Assembly (NCBI RefSeq): GCF_029982035.1
Contig: NZ_CP104167.1
Location: 65,974 to 129,973, forward strand
Source: Candidatus Megaera polyxenophila
GTDB taxonomy: Bacteria; Pseudomonadota; Alphaproteobacteria; Rickettsiales; Rickettsiaceae
Reading direction: 5' to 3'
Length of the DNA stretch: 64,000 nt
The translations under genes were made by a program, and so were the position numbers. Position 1 is the first letter of the stretch; each line of letters opens with the position of its first letter. Below the pieces are notes generated by a model. It searched no databases, was not told the DNA's origin, and was given only the letters and a program-made list of their open reading frames with translations. This document shows positions 9,311 to 20,429 of this stretch, piece after piece.

Positions 9311-11118
9311 TAGTATAGGAAATTCAAAATTTGCAACCAGAAAAATCATCAATCAGCTTTTTAAAAATTCGTTTAATAAATATGTAGTTACCAGCCACAA
9401 TATTAGAAATTATCAACACTTTTACAAAAATCTCTGCCAGAATCTATCTAAAAATAGGTTCAGTTTTACAAATTATGTGGCCAAGACGTGAAAGAAGTGT
9501 TCGCCATAATGATGTTATCTAGGCGTTGATAATAATTCATTGGTTCTTATTAATAACAATGGCGGAGATAAACCGTAATAAACTTGCCGCAGATTCATAC
9601 ATTTATTGCAATTATAGCAAAACAGAGGATCTATTTTAAAATTCAACCAAATCATTAATCTCCAACTAATGAGCTTAGTTTTCTTATGAACGATTTGATT
9701 AATTGCCTTATATACGATAGGTAATTGTACGCCCCTAGTTCTATTAGATAAAAAACCGTAATACCTAATCATTCGAAAATAACGATCTGGTATATGCATA
9801 ATCAGACTAGCTATGAACTGCATCACGGGCATAGTTATGCGATCAATTGTATTATTATAGTGATCAAGAAATTTAAACGTTACCTGCTTTCCGTCGTAAT
9901 TTTCTATTCTTGTCTCGGAAATAGGGGGCGTTTTATATACCGCCCTAAATATTCTATGTTGCGTTTATGATCATCCGATGGTTTTTGTAAATAAACATAC
10001 CAACTGATTTCGTATAAACTACTCATCCAGTTATTAAAATTCTCAGCATTTTGATATGCGGACGGCAACTTCAAATTACTTGAGATATATTGAAAGCGAA
10101 ATAACTCAAGGACTCTATGTCTCCACATTTTTTTAATAGGTTCGGCAGGAAAAAATAATTTTTGCCACTTGCCTTTGCTATTTATACCGCCGCAAGTAAC
10201 CGATAAATGGATATGAACATTGCGTTTTAAATCTCTACCGAAAGTGTGTAAGGCAGTAAATATACCAACCACAAGATCTTCTTTGTAGCTATCTCCTTAA
10301 TAATTCCTGCTGCAATACCGGAAATCAATCCAAACAGATCACGATTGAGCCAAAATATCGGCCATAAAGAGTCCGGCATTGTAAATGTAATGTGCTGCCA
10401 TCGTGTTTTTGGTAGAACATTGCTAGCCTTACTCACCCATTGATCCGTTTGTTTCTTACCACAACGAGAACAAAACCTACCTTTACAGCTGAATGCTACC
10501 GATTTATTGCGGTTACAATCACGGCAGCTATAACGTTTAAATCCTAAATATTTCGTTCCACACGATATAACTTTAGTGACGTTGAAAATAATGCCGTATC
10601 TTAGCTTGCCGTATTTTTTAGCGAAATCGAGACCAATTACCACGGTCTAGAAAAATATGTTTTATAGATATTCCTTTACCGACTATTTCCATAAATTACT
10701 TATAGTTAATGTTTTCTTACCAAGGAATCTTTCTTCCTTTGCGTTCTAAATCAAATTCTTTACAATCAGGGCAATAGTAAACAGAATTATACTTATGATT
10801 GGGAGATATTTTTCGCAACATTATCCAGAAAGCCTTGGCTATTTCCTTATCTCCTTCGGAAAAAATCTTTTGATCCTGCTGTAAGGAATTGCTTGCTCTT
10901 TAGAAATGGCCTTAAGAGTTTTTACCGCTAATTCATTGACCAAATGCTGCTCAGAGTGCAAGTTACTCATAACTCAATTATATATTATCTTATGTATGTC
11001 TAACATTCAGTCTTTATAACTCAAGTTAAAACAAATCAAATACCAGTATTATAATCCTCCATAAATATTTATCGGTCAAGGGTATCTTCTTTTAAGCTGC
11101 CACCGATAGGTGGCTTAT
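9311..11118 (-). mobile_element. IS91-family (rolling-circle, HUH Y2) element, copy 1, degraded
   Basis: Same 1.8-kb unit as 28050..29850. Ends GGCTTAT|CTTG (plus strand 11112..11122) and TAGTATAGG (9311). Extra 1-bp deletions in the transposase (10262 region) and in the small ORF. Confidence 0.8.
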
Positions 11119-11155
11119 CTTGAAAATATTTTAATAAAAATAAACCAATTAATTT

Positions 11156-11485
11156 ATGGTACAAGAAGAATTTGTTAATACAATACTTGATATATTATCA
11201 CCGATATCAAATATTACTACAGTAAAGAGCCAAGGATTTGTAGGTCTATATAAAGATAACGTTATCTTTGGTAGGATAATCGAGCAAAGTGTTTACTTGT
11301 TAAGTAATGGTAATAAATTTATTGAAGTAGAAACTGAGCTAATAACTAGGTTACTTAGACCTAAAAATCAACTGAATCAATATGACCTTGATACGTTTTT
11401 ATTTGAGGTTACTAAGGCGTGGTGGTTAGCTAAAGGAAGAACTATAACTATTTCAAATATAAAAGAAATTTTAACAAAAATTTAA
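11156..11485 (+). CDS. Hypothetical protein, paralog of 35127..35453 (TfoX-N-like fold suspected)
   Basis: 109 aa, about 60% identical to the 35127..35453 product. Function not established. Confidence 0.35.
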   Translation: MVQEEFVNTILDILSPISNITTVKSQGFVGLYKDNVIFGRIIEQSVYLLSNGNKFIEVETELITRLLRPKNQLNQYDLDTFLFEVTKAWWLAKGRTITISNIKEILTKI

Positions 11486-11662
11486 TATCCAGTAAATCTG
11501 TTATAATAAGTATCTTTGTGTATTACTATACATTATGATATAATAAAGCAATAAACTTTAGCAACGATTATACAAAAAAGTATCTAAAATTACCAGCTTA
11601 AGTTTAGAATAAACAGAAGGGATAAAATAATTATATGTAACGTAATGTAATGTATAATATTA

Positions 11663-12061
11663 TTATGATTTGTTTTTTGTAAATGCTAAAATTGCTTTTT
11701 CCATTATTTTTCTTCTATTTCTATTAGGTAAACCTTGCCAAAATTGTTTTTGCTTGTGGGTAACTCTAACAATTATTTCTGTGTAATCTGTTTCTTTATC
11801 GTTAATTATTTGATCAGTACTAAATCCATTTTCTTCTATTTGTACTATAATATACCTCAATACATCTGATATAGAACTAAACGTATAGTCAGATACATTA
11901 TGCATAGCTGATAAATAGTTATGTAAGGTATTGTATAGTAATGTGTTGATACGTAGTGAGATAATACAATTTTTTTTATTATTAATATTCTCAGTATTGC
12001 TGGATAAACCTATTTTTGGAGATTTTTCTAGAGACTTGTTTTTTGCGGATAGTATTTCCAC
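11663..12061 (-). CDS. Hypothetical protein downstream of parA-like pseudogene
   Basis: 132 aa, GTG start. Possible partition partner by position only. Confidence 0.3.
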   Translation of the reverse strand: MEILSAKNKSLEKSPKIGLSSNTENINNKKNCIISLRINTLLYNTLHNYLSAMHNVSDYTFSSISDVLRYIIVQIEENGFSTDQIINDKETDYTEIIVRVTHKQKQFWQGLPNRNRRKIMEKAILAFTKNKS

Positions 12062-12664
12062 TAATTTTTACCGTATAATAATTCATGTATAACTGAAAAA
12101 TCATTATTAATTTCATCAAATACTTTTTTATCTTTCAATGTAATAAAATAGTTCTCTAAAAGAGCGTTAAGTAAAGTGGGGTATACCGCTGGTCTATTAC
12201 TTAGTCCATTTAGTAAAATTCCTCTTCCTTGTTCTTTTATAATTTTTGATACTTGTGAGATGCCTTCTTTTTGTTCATTAGTTCCTTCTTTCCTATTAGG
12301 AATAAAAATAACTCTTTATTTGTAAAGATTCATTAATTGATAAAAACCATCCAATAACAATTTCCAAATCAGCAATATGTGGTTGAAATGGAACAACAAT
12401 AATGTCTGCTTCTCTTACATACCTTATAAGGCTAGATCCAGCGGTACCAGCCGTGTCTATAACCAACAGATTTGGCTCTTTTGTATTACAAAAGTCATAA
12501 TTATTGCCTTTACATTTTTCTAACCATGTATAAATAGTTCTATTAGGGTCAGCATCTAGAATATTTACAGTATAATTTTTGAATTCAAACCACTGCGCCA
12601 ACAACCCAGCGACAGTAGATTTACCTACTCCACCTTTATCTCCTGTTACTGCTATTGTTTTCAT
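12062..12664 (-). pseudogene. ParA-like ATPase with frameshift
   Basis: Walker [11 protein letters not shown] at the N-terminus (12296..12664 frame). The C-terminal about 80 aa continue in another frame (12062..12300). Confidence 0.5.
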
Positions 12665-12757
12665 AAATAATTTTTATATAATGTACCTAACATTACCACA
12701 CTTTGCAATATACTACAATACTATACAATACATGTTTCTGTATATTATATATAATAT

Positions 12758-13192
12758 TTATTTAAAAATCTTTAAAATCTCGTGAAATGATTTAAATTCA
12801 CTAATTTTAAACTCTTCAACTACTACTCGATAATCACTACCAAGCTTCAAGAAAAGTTCGGTGTATTTGAAGTTATTATTCTGGTCAGAAACTTCCGTGC
12901 AGTAAAAATCATCATCGAAATTATATTGAGGGAATTTTCTTTTAAGAAAGGTACAAATTTCCTGCCATTCTTCCTTACTGATTTTTAGTTCATATTTCTT
13001 GTATTTCAGAAGAAAGACGGCAAGGATGTTCAACAAAATTAAGGCATAGAGTAAGCTGGCATTAAAATTGTTTAATATATGGTATTCTAAAATATTATTA
13101 ACAAATAGTAATCCTCCTATAAGGCAAATCCAAAAAGGGGGGAATGGCAAATATTTTGATAAAAGTATTTGCATCTTAAAACTTAAATTCAT
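12758..13192 (-). CDS. Membrane protein (144 aa), paralog of 32588..33022
   Basis: Two N-terminal TM segments. 75% identity to the paralog. Confidence 0.5.
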   Translation of the reverse strand: MNLSFKMQILLSKYLPFPPFWICLIGGLLFVNNILEYHILNNFNASLLYALILLNILAVFLLKYKKYELKISKEEWQEICTFLKRKFPQYNFDDDFYCTEVSDQNNNFKYTELFLKLGSDYRVVVEEFKISEFKSFHEILKIFK

Positions 13193-13299
13193 AAATATAT
13201 TCTATAATTAAACACTGCGTATTATATACTGAAAGTTGAACTTTAACAACAGGTTTTCTAATGCGCGATAGTTATATTCGGTCAATTTAAACTGGCCTT

Positions 13300-14136
13300 A
13301 TATCCCCATGGATATTTACGGCTTTCGTTGGTAAATATTTAAATCTCCTAATTTTAACCACAAAATAGCATGGTCAGATAGCCTTGCAGAATTCAATTCT
13401 TTATTCACGATATTAGTGATTTCTTTTTCAATTTGTTCTTTTTGATTAGAAAAATTACTTAAGCTGAGTGTTTGACTTAATTGATTAAGAGAGTTTTGTA
13501 TATTAGGTTGGACTACTTTTTTACAAGTGTTTCTAAGTCTGATTTGTGAGTTATTAGCAATTCCAAAGCTTTATCTTTTGTTAAAGTAATATCAAAAATT
13601 AGATCGATGTAAAAAAAATATTCGGATTGCTGTTGACTATTTAGTAAGGTATCCTTATCCGGTCTAATACTTAATTTCCAATTATAAGTTTCCTTTTGAG
13701 GAAAAGTATATAAGTTACGTAGTAAATTTTTTGATAATGGAAGAAAGTGATCTCCAGCAGATAAGTCCTTGATTTCATTATGATTGTCTGGATTTCCTAC
13801 AAAGGTGATTTCTTCTGGTTTTACAGTATAATAACCGGTATTGACAATAGAAACTATGTACCAAGTGGTAATTCCGCACATAACTAGTAATAATAAAAGA
13901 TTTTGGATTATAATTGTTATACGATCTTTGCTGATTAGTAGCTCTATAAACCCTATAAATAGAATAATAGTCAAAAATATTAATACCATTGATAATATTA
14001 TTAATAGAGGGGTTGGAAGAAATGAAAAAATAGAAGATACAAAAACCAGCAACAATATCCCACCTAGGGTTTCTATGTATGATATTGGTTCTTGAGGTTT
14101 TTTGATGTTCTTTGTTTGAGTATTTATGGCTTCCAT
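13300..14136 (-). pseudogene. Membrane protein paralog of 31574..32428, frameshifted in a poly-A run (A6 versus A7)
   Basis: N-terminal 207 aa are near-identical to the paralog. Stop at 13513 is caused by one missing A. Downstream frame continues LNQLSQTLSL... Confidence 0.55.
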
Positions 14137-14164
14137 AATAATATTACCTATTTAGATTAATTGA

Positions 14165-14518
14165 TTAATTTTTTAAATTCATAGTTTTTGCCGTCATAGT
14201 TTTTACAACACTTAAAATAAATAAGGTTATTACTAATATAAACATACCTAAACCGCTTGCTACTAAAGAGATATATATGCTAAATGTTAAAAAAAGATTT
14301 GCAGCACCATCTAAAACTTTTAGCTCATTACAAATGATATATAACAGAATCAAGCCTGCGGTAATGATAAAATTAAATGTTGTGGGATAACTAAAACTTA
14401 GCTTACATGTTTTTAGAAAAAATATTTCACTAAAAAAAAGTCCTATTATTATAAATGCTCCGAATACATGAACAAATAACCCTCGCAAACTATCGTTCAC
14501 AGCGCCTGTTATTTTCAA
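14165..14518 (-). CDS. Hypothetical membrane protein
   Basis: 117-aa ORF with hydrophobic segments. Confidence 0.25.
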   Translation of the reverse strand: MKITGAVNDSLRGLFVHVFGAFIIIGLFFSEIFFLKTCKLSFSYPTTFNFIITAGLILLYIICNELKVLDGAANLFLTFSIYISLVASGLGMFILVITLFILSVVKTMTAKTMNLKN

Positions 14519-15113
14519 TCAACCACTTTCATCTGAGAGATGAAAGTTTGATCTTTGCGACTAGAAGTCGCTTATCAAGCTAAAGCTCATTCTAGCCTAA
14601 TATTTGAAGTAAAGTCGGTCTCATGAGCGTCAGTGTGTTTGTTGATATATTCGTTAATCATATCATCTGTAACATTACCGCTAGTTGAACTGAAGTATCC
14701 TCTGCCCCATAAATGTCTACCCCAGTATTTCTTTTTTAGTATCGGAAATTCTTCCTGTATTCTTTTAGATGATCTTCCCTTAGCTTTCTGAACAAATTCA
14801 CTAATTTTAATATGCGGAGGAATATTTGCAAATATATGGACATGGTCGCTTGATACAACGCCATTTTCTATCTTTATACTCATTTCCTCAGCTACCTGTA
14901 ACACTAGTTCCCGAACACGTTTTTTTATGTCGTAAGTAAGTACCTTATAGCGATATTTCGTTATCCATACTATATGATAACGATGATAAAAAACTGAATG
15001 TGATCTTTTGTTATAGTAAGTCATAGACTTATGATGCTACCGCATCATGGCGCATTAGACAAGCTAAAGCTTTTCCATCTGGAAGATGGAGGTTTTCACC
15101 ACCAAAGGGACTA
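14519..15113 (-). mobile_element. IS200/IS605-family element (tnpA only), copy a, first unit of tandem dimer
   Basis: 595-bp unit identical to 15114..15708 and 46364..46956. Subterminal hairpins CTTTCATC-TGAGA-GATGAAAG and ATGATGC-TACC-GCATCAT. Confidence 0.8.
14587..15024 (-). CDS. tnpA: IS200-family Y1 HUH transposase TnpA
   Basis: 145 aa, HVHIF HUH motif, catalytic Tyr region RGYFSST. Confidence 0.85.
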   Translation of the reverse strand: MTYYNKRSHSVFYHRYHIVWITKYRYKVLTYDIKKRVRELVLQVAEEMSIKIENGVVSSDHVHIFANIPPHIKISEFVQKAKGRSSKRIQEEFPILKKKYWGRHLWGRGYFSSTSGNVTDDMINEYINKHTDAHETDFTSNIRLE

Positions 15114-15708
15114 TCAACCACTTTCATCTGAGAGATGAAAGTTTGATCTTTGCGACTAGAAGTCGCTTATCAAGCTAAAGCTCATTCTAGCCTAATATTT
15201 GAAGTAAAGTCGGTCTCATGAGCGTCAGTGTGTTTGTTGATATATTCGTTAATCATATCATCTGTAACATTACCGCTAGTTGAACTGAAGTATCCTCTGC
15301 CCCATAAATGTCTACCCCAGTATTTCTTTTTTAGTATCGGAAATTCTTCCTGTATTCTTTTAGATGATCTTCCCTTAGCTTTCTGAACAAATTCACTAAT
15401 TTTAATATGCGGAGGAATATTTGCAAATATATGGACATGGTCGCTTGATACAACGCCATTTTCTATCTTTATACTCATTTCCTCAGCTACCTGTAACACT
15501 AGTTCCCGAACACGTTTTTTTATGTCGTAAGTAAGTACCTTATAGCGATATTTCGTTATCCATACTATATGATAACGATGATAAAAAACTGAATGTGATC
15601 TTTTGTTATAGTAAGTCATAGACTTATGATGCTACCGCATCATGGCGCATTAGACAAGCTAAAGCTTTTCCATCTGGAAGATGGAGGTTTTCACCACCAA
15701 AGGGACTA
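15114..15708 (-). mobile_element. IS200/IS605-family element, copy b, second unit of tandem dimer
   Basis: Perfect head-to-tail repeat of copy a with no spacer. Confidence 0.8.
15182..15619 (-). CDS. tnpA: IS200-family TnpA
   Basis: Identical to 14587..15024. Confidence 0.85.
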   Translation of the reverse strand: MTYYNKRSHSVFYHRYHIVWITKYRYKVLTYDIKKRVRELVLQVAEEMSIKIENGVVSSDHVHIFANIPPHIKISEFVQKAKGRSSKRIQEEFPILKKKYWGRHLWGRGYFSSTSGNVTDDMINEYINKHTDAHETDFTSNIRLE

Positions 15709-16008
15709 TAAATCCATATCCTTGTCCCAAAATAATATAGTTATCATGGGTAACCAGACTGCAAGTGTTACGGCTATAGAAACATTTTTAGCTATTTTCG
15801 TGTATAAGGTTTTGTTTTGTACAAATTGCTTATGGATAAGGTCGCTCCATAAAAGGATAAAAAACATCCCGCTGAAAACTATAAAAGCAACTTTTTCTGC
15901 TGTAACATCTGTTTTAATAAAACCAGTCAGGCATACCAATAACATGACGACTTTAAGGAATTTCAAAACAAGAGGTTTTAATGGTTTTTTAATTTTATTT
16001 ATGTTCAT
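15706..16008 (-). CDS. Hypothetical membrane protein, 3' end abuts IS200
   Basis: 100-aa ORF with TM segments. The C-terminal residues may be IS-derived. Confidence 0.25.
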   Translation of the reverse strand: MNINKIKKPLKPLVLKFLKVVMLLVCLTGFIKTDVTAEKVAFIVFSGMFFILLWSDLIHKQFVQNKTLYTKIAKNVSIAVTLAVWLPMITILFWDKDMDL

Positions 16009-16037
16009 GCTATTTTTTCTATTTAATCACTTAAAAA

Positions 16038-16514
16038 CTAAAACGGAATAAGGTCATCAATGAGTGCTTTAACTAAGCTCCTATCAAAATTATATCTTTT
16101 TAAGTTAATTTCCAGTGCTTTAACTAAGATCATCCTTGATGTATATCTTTGTGACTTATCTAAATTTTGAGATACTTGCTGCAGTAATGATAATTCATAT
16201 TCATTCAGCGGTACTGGAAATGATTTATTAGGTTTTGCTTCAATTTTATGTTTATCTGGTATATCTACAAAGGTTTGGATTTTTATATTTTGGGCAGTTG
16301 AAAAATATGGCGTCAAATTTAATTTATATCTTTTTAATTCAATTTCCAGTGCTCTAACTAAGATCATCCTTGATGTATATCTTTGTGACTTATCTAGATT
16401 TTGAGAGACTTGTTGCAGTAATGATAATTCATATTCATTTAGTGGGACTGGAAATGATTTATTAGGTTTTGCTTCAATTTTATGTTCATCTGGTATATCT
16501 ACAAAGTTCTGCAT
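16038..16514 (-). CDS. Tandem-duplicated ribbon-helix-helix (CopG/VapB-like) protein
   Basis: Two 72-aa repeats (216-bp period). Motif VDIPD...SR.I..AL also occurs in the RHH antitoxin at 42527..42781. Confidence 0.45.
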   Translation of the reverse strand: MQNFVDIPDEHKIEAKPNKSFPVPLNEYELSLLQQVSQNLDKSQRYTSRMILVRALEIELKRYKLNLTPYFSTAQNIKIQTFVDIPDKHKIEAKPNKSFPVPLNEYELSLLQQVSQNLDKSQRYTSRMILVKALEINLKRYNFDRSLVKALIDDLIPF

Positions 16515-16569
16515 TTTTATATTTTGTTCATGATAAGTTTTTATGTTAACTATGCGAAAAATTCCTTAC

Positions 16570-16866
16570 TTATTCTTTTGAGCTATACTTTTCAATTAAT
16601 AACTCAATTGCTTCTTCCATTAGCTCTGGAGCTTTTTTCCCTTTTGTTATTTTCTGTTCAAATACTAGTTTGTCAAAAGCCAAGCCGTGCGATTCTTGAA
16701 TATAGATACTTCTAATACGACGAATTGGAGTCGGTTGTTTTGTATTTTTTATTAATAGCGGGGCTCTACTGTTTGTAGTATTACCTGTCTTTACTAATTC
16801 GGTTGCTCTTGCGTTCTCTTCATCTATCCAGTTATTAGTTATCATTTTTTGTTTCCTCATTTTCAA
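16570..16866 (-). CDS. Small partition partner protein (ParB/ParG-like candidate)
   Basis: 98 aa, overlaps the parA stop by 32 nt. Assigned by position only. Confidence 0.35.
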   Translation of the reverse strand: MKMRKQKMITNNWIDEENARATELVKTGNTTNSRAPLLIKNTKQPTPIRRIRSIYIQESHGLAFDKLVFEQKITKGKKAPELMEEAIELLIEKYSSKE

Positions 16867-17437
16867 TTAATATTGCGGCTAGAATTTTATTAATTTCCAT
16901 TCTACGTTCCCTTATTTTGTAAGCTTTATTCATCTTTTGATCAAAGATTGTTATATATTCACTAGCGGCACGGCTAAATACCCCACTAGATGGAATAACA
17001 CAAGCCCCTTTGCTTTTTAAATAATCAATAGTATCTTTTTCGTTAGCTCGATGTTCCTGTCCATCAGTTACTACAGTAATGATTTTTTTGCCTAACAGCT
17101 CAGCTCTTCTATAAGCATCAATGTAAGTAGCATACTGATCTCTTGCAGGTTTCAATGGCATTACGATTAAATGGTTTTTAGGTACTTCCCAATCGCTAGC
17201 CTGATGATCGAATATGACTATATCTGCGTCAGGGCGATCAGTGGGTACGCTATCAACAACCTCAAAAGGTAAGTTGCCTGATTTATAATATAACAGGGAA
17301 GTTCCTTGGGGGTCTTGACAAATAATGAGAGGTTTTAATCCTAACTCTACCGAAGCAGCTGCAAGGTTAATTGCAAGTGTACTTTTACCTTGTCCCCCTT
17401 TGGGATTCCATATACTAACTAATTTAATTATTTTCAT
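16835..17437 (-). CDS. parA: ParA-family partition ATPase
   Basis: Deviant Walker [11 protein letters not shown]; 200 aa. Confidence 0.8.
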   Translation of the reverse strand: MKIIKLVSIWNPKGGQGKSTLAINLAAASVELGLKPLIICQDPQGTSLLYYKSGNLPFEVVDSVPTDRPDADIVIFDHQASDWEVPKNHLIVMPLKPARDQYATYIDAYRRAELLGKKIITVVTDGQEHRANEKDTIDYLKSKGACVIPSSGVFSRAASEYITIFDQKMNKAYKIRERRMEINKILAAILIENEETKNDN

Positions 17438-17696
17438 AATTATTGTTTTATTGCATTTAATAATGTATATATTTAATAATACATAAAGTCAATAGTAATT
17501 AAAATAAACTACTTAATAATTAAATAATAAACAAATACATTATTAATTAAATTATTAAAATAAATAATACAACAGTAGTGTAACTAATTAGTTATTAAAC
17601 TTAATAATTATTAATATATAAAAATATGTACATTATATAGTACAACAAAAGTCACCTATTACTGTACTACCACAGTAGAAAACAATAGTAGTACTA

Positions 17697-17745
17697 TTGT
17701 AAGTTTTATAATTAAATGGCGTAAATTTTATATAAATAAATGGCA
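17697..17745. repeat. Left terminal inverted repeat of Tn552-like element
   Basis: TGTAAGTTTTATAATTAAATGGCGTAAATTTTATATAAATAAATGGCAC. Its reverse complement matches 24544..24590 apart from a 2-nt indel. Confidence 0.6.
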
Positions 17746-17788
17746 CATAAGGATATTTGGATAATACTATTTTTATAAATATGAGAAG

Positions 17789-18178
17789 CTAACGAATCAA
17801 TTTAATATTAGCATTATCTATTTGCAGTTCGCCCCATATTTTATCAGCAGTATAAATTGGAATCTGTAATTTCATCCCCAAAGCAATACAAGCGCGATCA
17901 GCTAAAGAAAGGCCTTGAGGTTGAACAAGAGGATGTAGCTTCGCTACTTGTTCAGCTTGTTCTAAGTCAAAAGGCACAATAGTTGTAATAATATCCGTAA
18001 TTAGGGTACGTCCTTCTTCTGGAGAAATATTTGTTCGCTGTAATACGCTTAGAGTTTCCGTAACATTTACAGCAGACATAACAGAAAATTTTAACAATGG
18101 TTTTATGATTTCTGCACCGGTTTCTTCTTGAATAAGGGCTAATAAAGCAGAAGCATCTAGTATGACTTTATTATTCAT
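17789..18178 (-). CDS. vapC: VapC PIN-domain toxin
   Basis: N-terminal Asp (ILDASAL) and PIN acidic residues. Overlaps vapB by 8 nt. Confidence 0.8.
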   Translation of the reverse strand: MNNKVILDASALLALIQEETGAEIIKPLLKFSVMSAVNVTETLSVLQRTNISPEEGRTLITDIITTIVPFDLEQAEQVAKLHPLVQPQGLSLADRACIALGMKLQIPIYTADKIWGELQIDNANIKLIR

Positions 18179-18428
18179 ATTTAGCCTCGTTTCGTCTCAT
18201 AGTTATTAATTCGTCAACAAGCGAAATATTCCGATCAGTGGTTTTTATATAATTCCTTACCTTTTTTTGTAATTTCTGTAAAGTTTGCTCTGCTGTAGTA
18301 AGGTATAATAGATTATCTTCCATATGCAATATAATGTCATCTCCGGTTTCTAGGTGTAGATTTTGACGAAAAGCTGTAGGAATTATTACCCTTCCACCTT
18401 TTCCTAATTTTGTCCTTATAGCTTTCAT
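18171..18428 (-). CDS. vapB: VapB antitoxin (AbrB/SpoVT-like)
   Basis: 85 aa; GGRVIIPTAFRQNL swapped-hairpin motif. Confidence 0.75.
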   Translation of the reverse strand: MKAIRTKLGKGGRVIIPTAFRQNLHLETGDDIILHMEDNLLYLTTAEQTLQKLQKKVRNYIKTTDRNISLVDELITMRRNEAKYE

Positions 18429-18913
18429 ATGACCTTATTATATATTAGTTAATAATATAAAGAATTGTACCATATTATTTAATTTATGTCACTAATATAA
18501 ATTAGTGTATACTAATTTAATATTGTCAAAAACCATAACCTTATTACCTCTTAAAAACCCTCGTTTTAAAGAGATACTTATTGTAGATAAAAAAATTGAA
18601 AATTTTTTGCTAAATTGCTCAATTTTCATCTTAAAACTATCTCTTGAAATAAAGTCTCTTAAAATGTATAGTAGCTAATGAGTTATAAGAAAAAAAATAG
18701 AGAAAATGTTAATAGGATATGCCAGAGTTTCAACACAGGAACAAAACTTAGAATTACAAATAAATGCTCTACAAGCAGCAGGATGTAAAAAAATATTTAC
18801 AGAAAAAGCTTCAGGGGCACAACGTGATCGCCCTGAATTAAAAGCAGCATTAGAATATATGCGTACTAATGAAGATGATACTTTAGTAGTATGGAAACTT
18901 GATAGGTTAGCTA

Positions 18914-20042
18914 TTAACCCACCAATTAAATACCCGACTTAGGCGGCATATTTTACTTCTTTCGCCTGAAATAATCTTTTGATATGTTCTGGGTTATTTT
19001 GCAGAGTCCTTAGGTAAGATTTTAAATTCCCTTGGAGTTCAGATTTTGTAAGAGGTATATGTTTCCTATTTACATTTCTTTTTAAATCGTTGTTTAAATA
19101 TTCATCCGGATTATGTTGCGGAGTATACGGAGGCAGAAAAAATAAAGAAATTTTCTTTTTATGTTTCCGAGTCCATATTTGTACTTTTTTGCTATGATGA
19201 ACCTTGAGATTATCTAGGATTAAGAAGATTTTTTTCTTGGAGTATTTTACCAACCTCCGTAAAAATTCTATAAATACATTTGTTTTTAGTGTCTCTTCGT
19301 ACAGCATAAACCTTAGCTTACCGTTATTTGTAACAGTGGATATCATGTTTATACTAAATCTCTTCGATTTATGAATCACAACAGGGGTTTTTCCTTTTAA
19401 AGAATAGCTTTGTAATACCTGACACTCTTGTTTTATCCCTACTTCGTCGCACCAATGTATTTCTGCCTTTTCATATTCTGCTTGCTTGGCTATTGACGGA
19501 TATTCTTCATCTAACCAAAATTGAACCCTTTTGGGTTGCTGCTCATATGCTAACTTCTTTGGCTTTTGTGCAGTATACCCCCATCTTCTTAAATATTCGC
19601 CTATTGTACTTAGGGGAAGAAAAAATCCACAATGTTTTTTGATGAGTGCATTAACTGATTTTCTTGACCATAATGCTGATTTGATATTGTGATCTTCTGG
19701 TCTAGAGATATTTACGTACCCTTGTATTATTTTACTTTGATCTTCGGTTATAAGCCTTTTCTCTCCTATCTTTCTACCTCTTAACTTCCCACTAATTGCG
19801 TACTTGTCGCCTCTCTTTTCCCTCCTTACCCATTCATTTACTGTCTGGCGACTCACTCCTATTAATTCACCTACCGACGATTGACTCTCTCCTCTTTTTA
19901 CTAGTTTTAGAGCAATCTTTCTCATCGACGCTTGTGCGCTTATTGATAATTTCCTAAAATCTTCACTTTTTGACATTATTGCATTATACAAATTCCTTCC
20001 TTCTTGGCAATAGTTATGTCGGGTATTTAATTGGTGGGTTAA
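18914..20042 (-). mobile_element. IS630-family element, copy A (1129 bp, 25-bp inverted repeats, TA duplication)
   Basis: Inverted repeat TTAACCCACCAATTAAATACCCGAC at both ends; TA at 18912..18913 and 20043..20044. Confidence 0.9.
18939..19976 (-). CDS. IS630-family transposase (about 346 aa from MSKSEDF)
   Basis: Intact ORF identical to the 56263..57300 product. The ORF-track N-terminal extension beyond the element is spurious. Confidence 0.8.
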   Translation of the reverse strand: MSKSEDFRKLSISAQASMRKIALKLVKRGESQSSVGELIGVSRQTVNEWVRREKRGDKYAISGKLRGRKIGEKRLITEDQSKIIQGYVNISRPEDHNIKSALWSRKSVNALIKKHCGFFLPLSTIGEYLRRWGYTAQKPKKLAYEQQPKRVQFWLDEEYPSIAKQAEYEKAEIHWCDEVGIKQECQVLQSYSLKGKTPVVIHKSKRFSINMISTVTNNGKLRFMLYEETLKTNVFIEFLRRLVKYSKKKIFLILDNLKVHHSKKVQIWTRKHKKKISLFFLPPYTPQHNPDEYLNNDLKRNVNRKHIPLTKSELQGNLKSYLRTLQNNPEHIKRLFQAKEVKYAA

Positions 20043-20429
20043 TAGATCACTTAGGCAATTAATAGATACTATTGAGGAATTAGAAAAAAAAGGAATAGGC
20101 TTTAAATCACTTACTGAAAACATTGATACTACAACTTCAGGTGGAAGATTAGTTTTTCATATATTTGGAGCATTAGCTGAATTTGAACGTATTTTAATTA
20201 AAGAAAGAACCATGGCAGGACTAAAAGCAGCAAAAGCTATGGGAAAAAAAGGAGGAAGACCGCAAGCTCTAGAAGCTGAAGATTTAAGAGATGCTAAAGC
20301 TTTACTCAGAAATAAGAAAATAACAGTTAAGGAAGTCGCTAAAAGATTAAAAGTTGATCCTTCTACTCTGTATCGATATTTACCGGGGGGGCGAAGCTCG
20401 GTACAGGAAGATTCTACAAGTATTGAATA

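Noticed and set aside
17440-17790. CRISPR-like or rRNA/tRNA content in the AT-rich spacers
   Set aside because: No regularly spaced direct repeats and no tRNA-like acceptor or anticodon structure were seen.
18939-20123. 394-aa ORF suggesting a longer IS630 transposase
   Set aside because: The N-terminal 45 aa extend beyond the element inverted repeat into resolvase DNA. The true start is within the IS (MSKSEDF).
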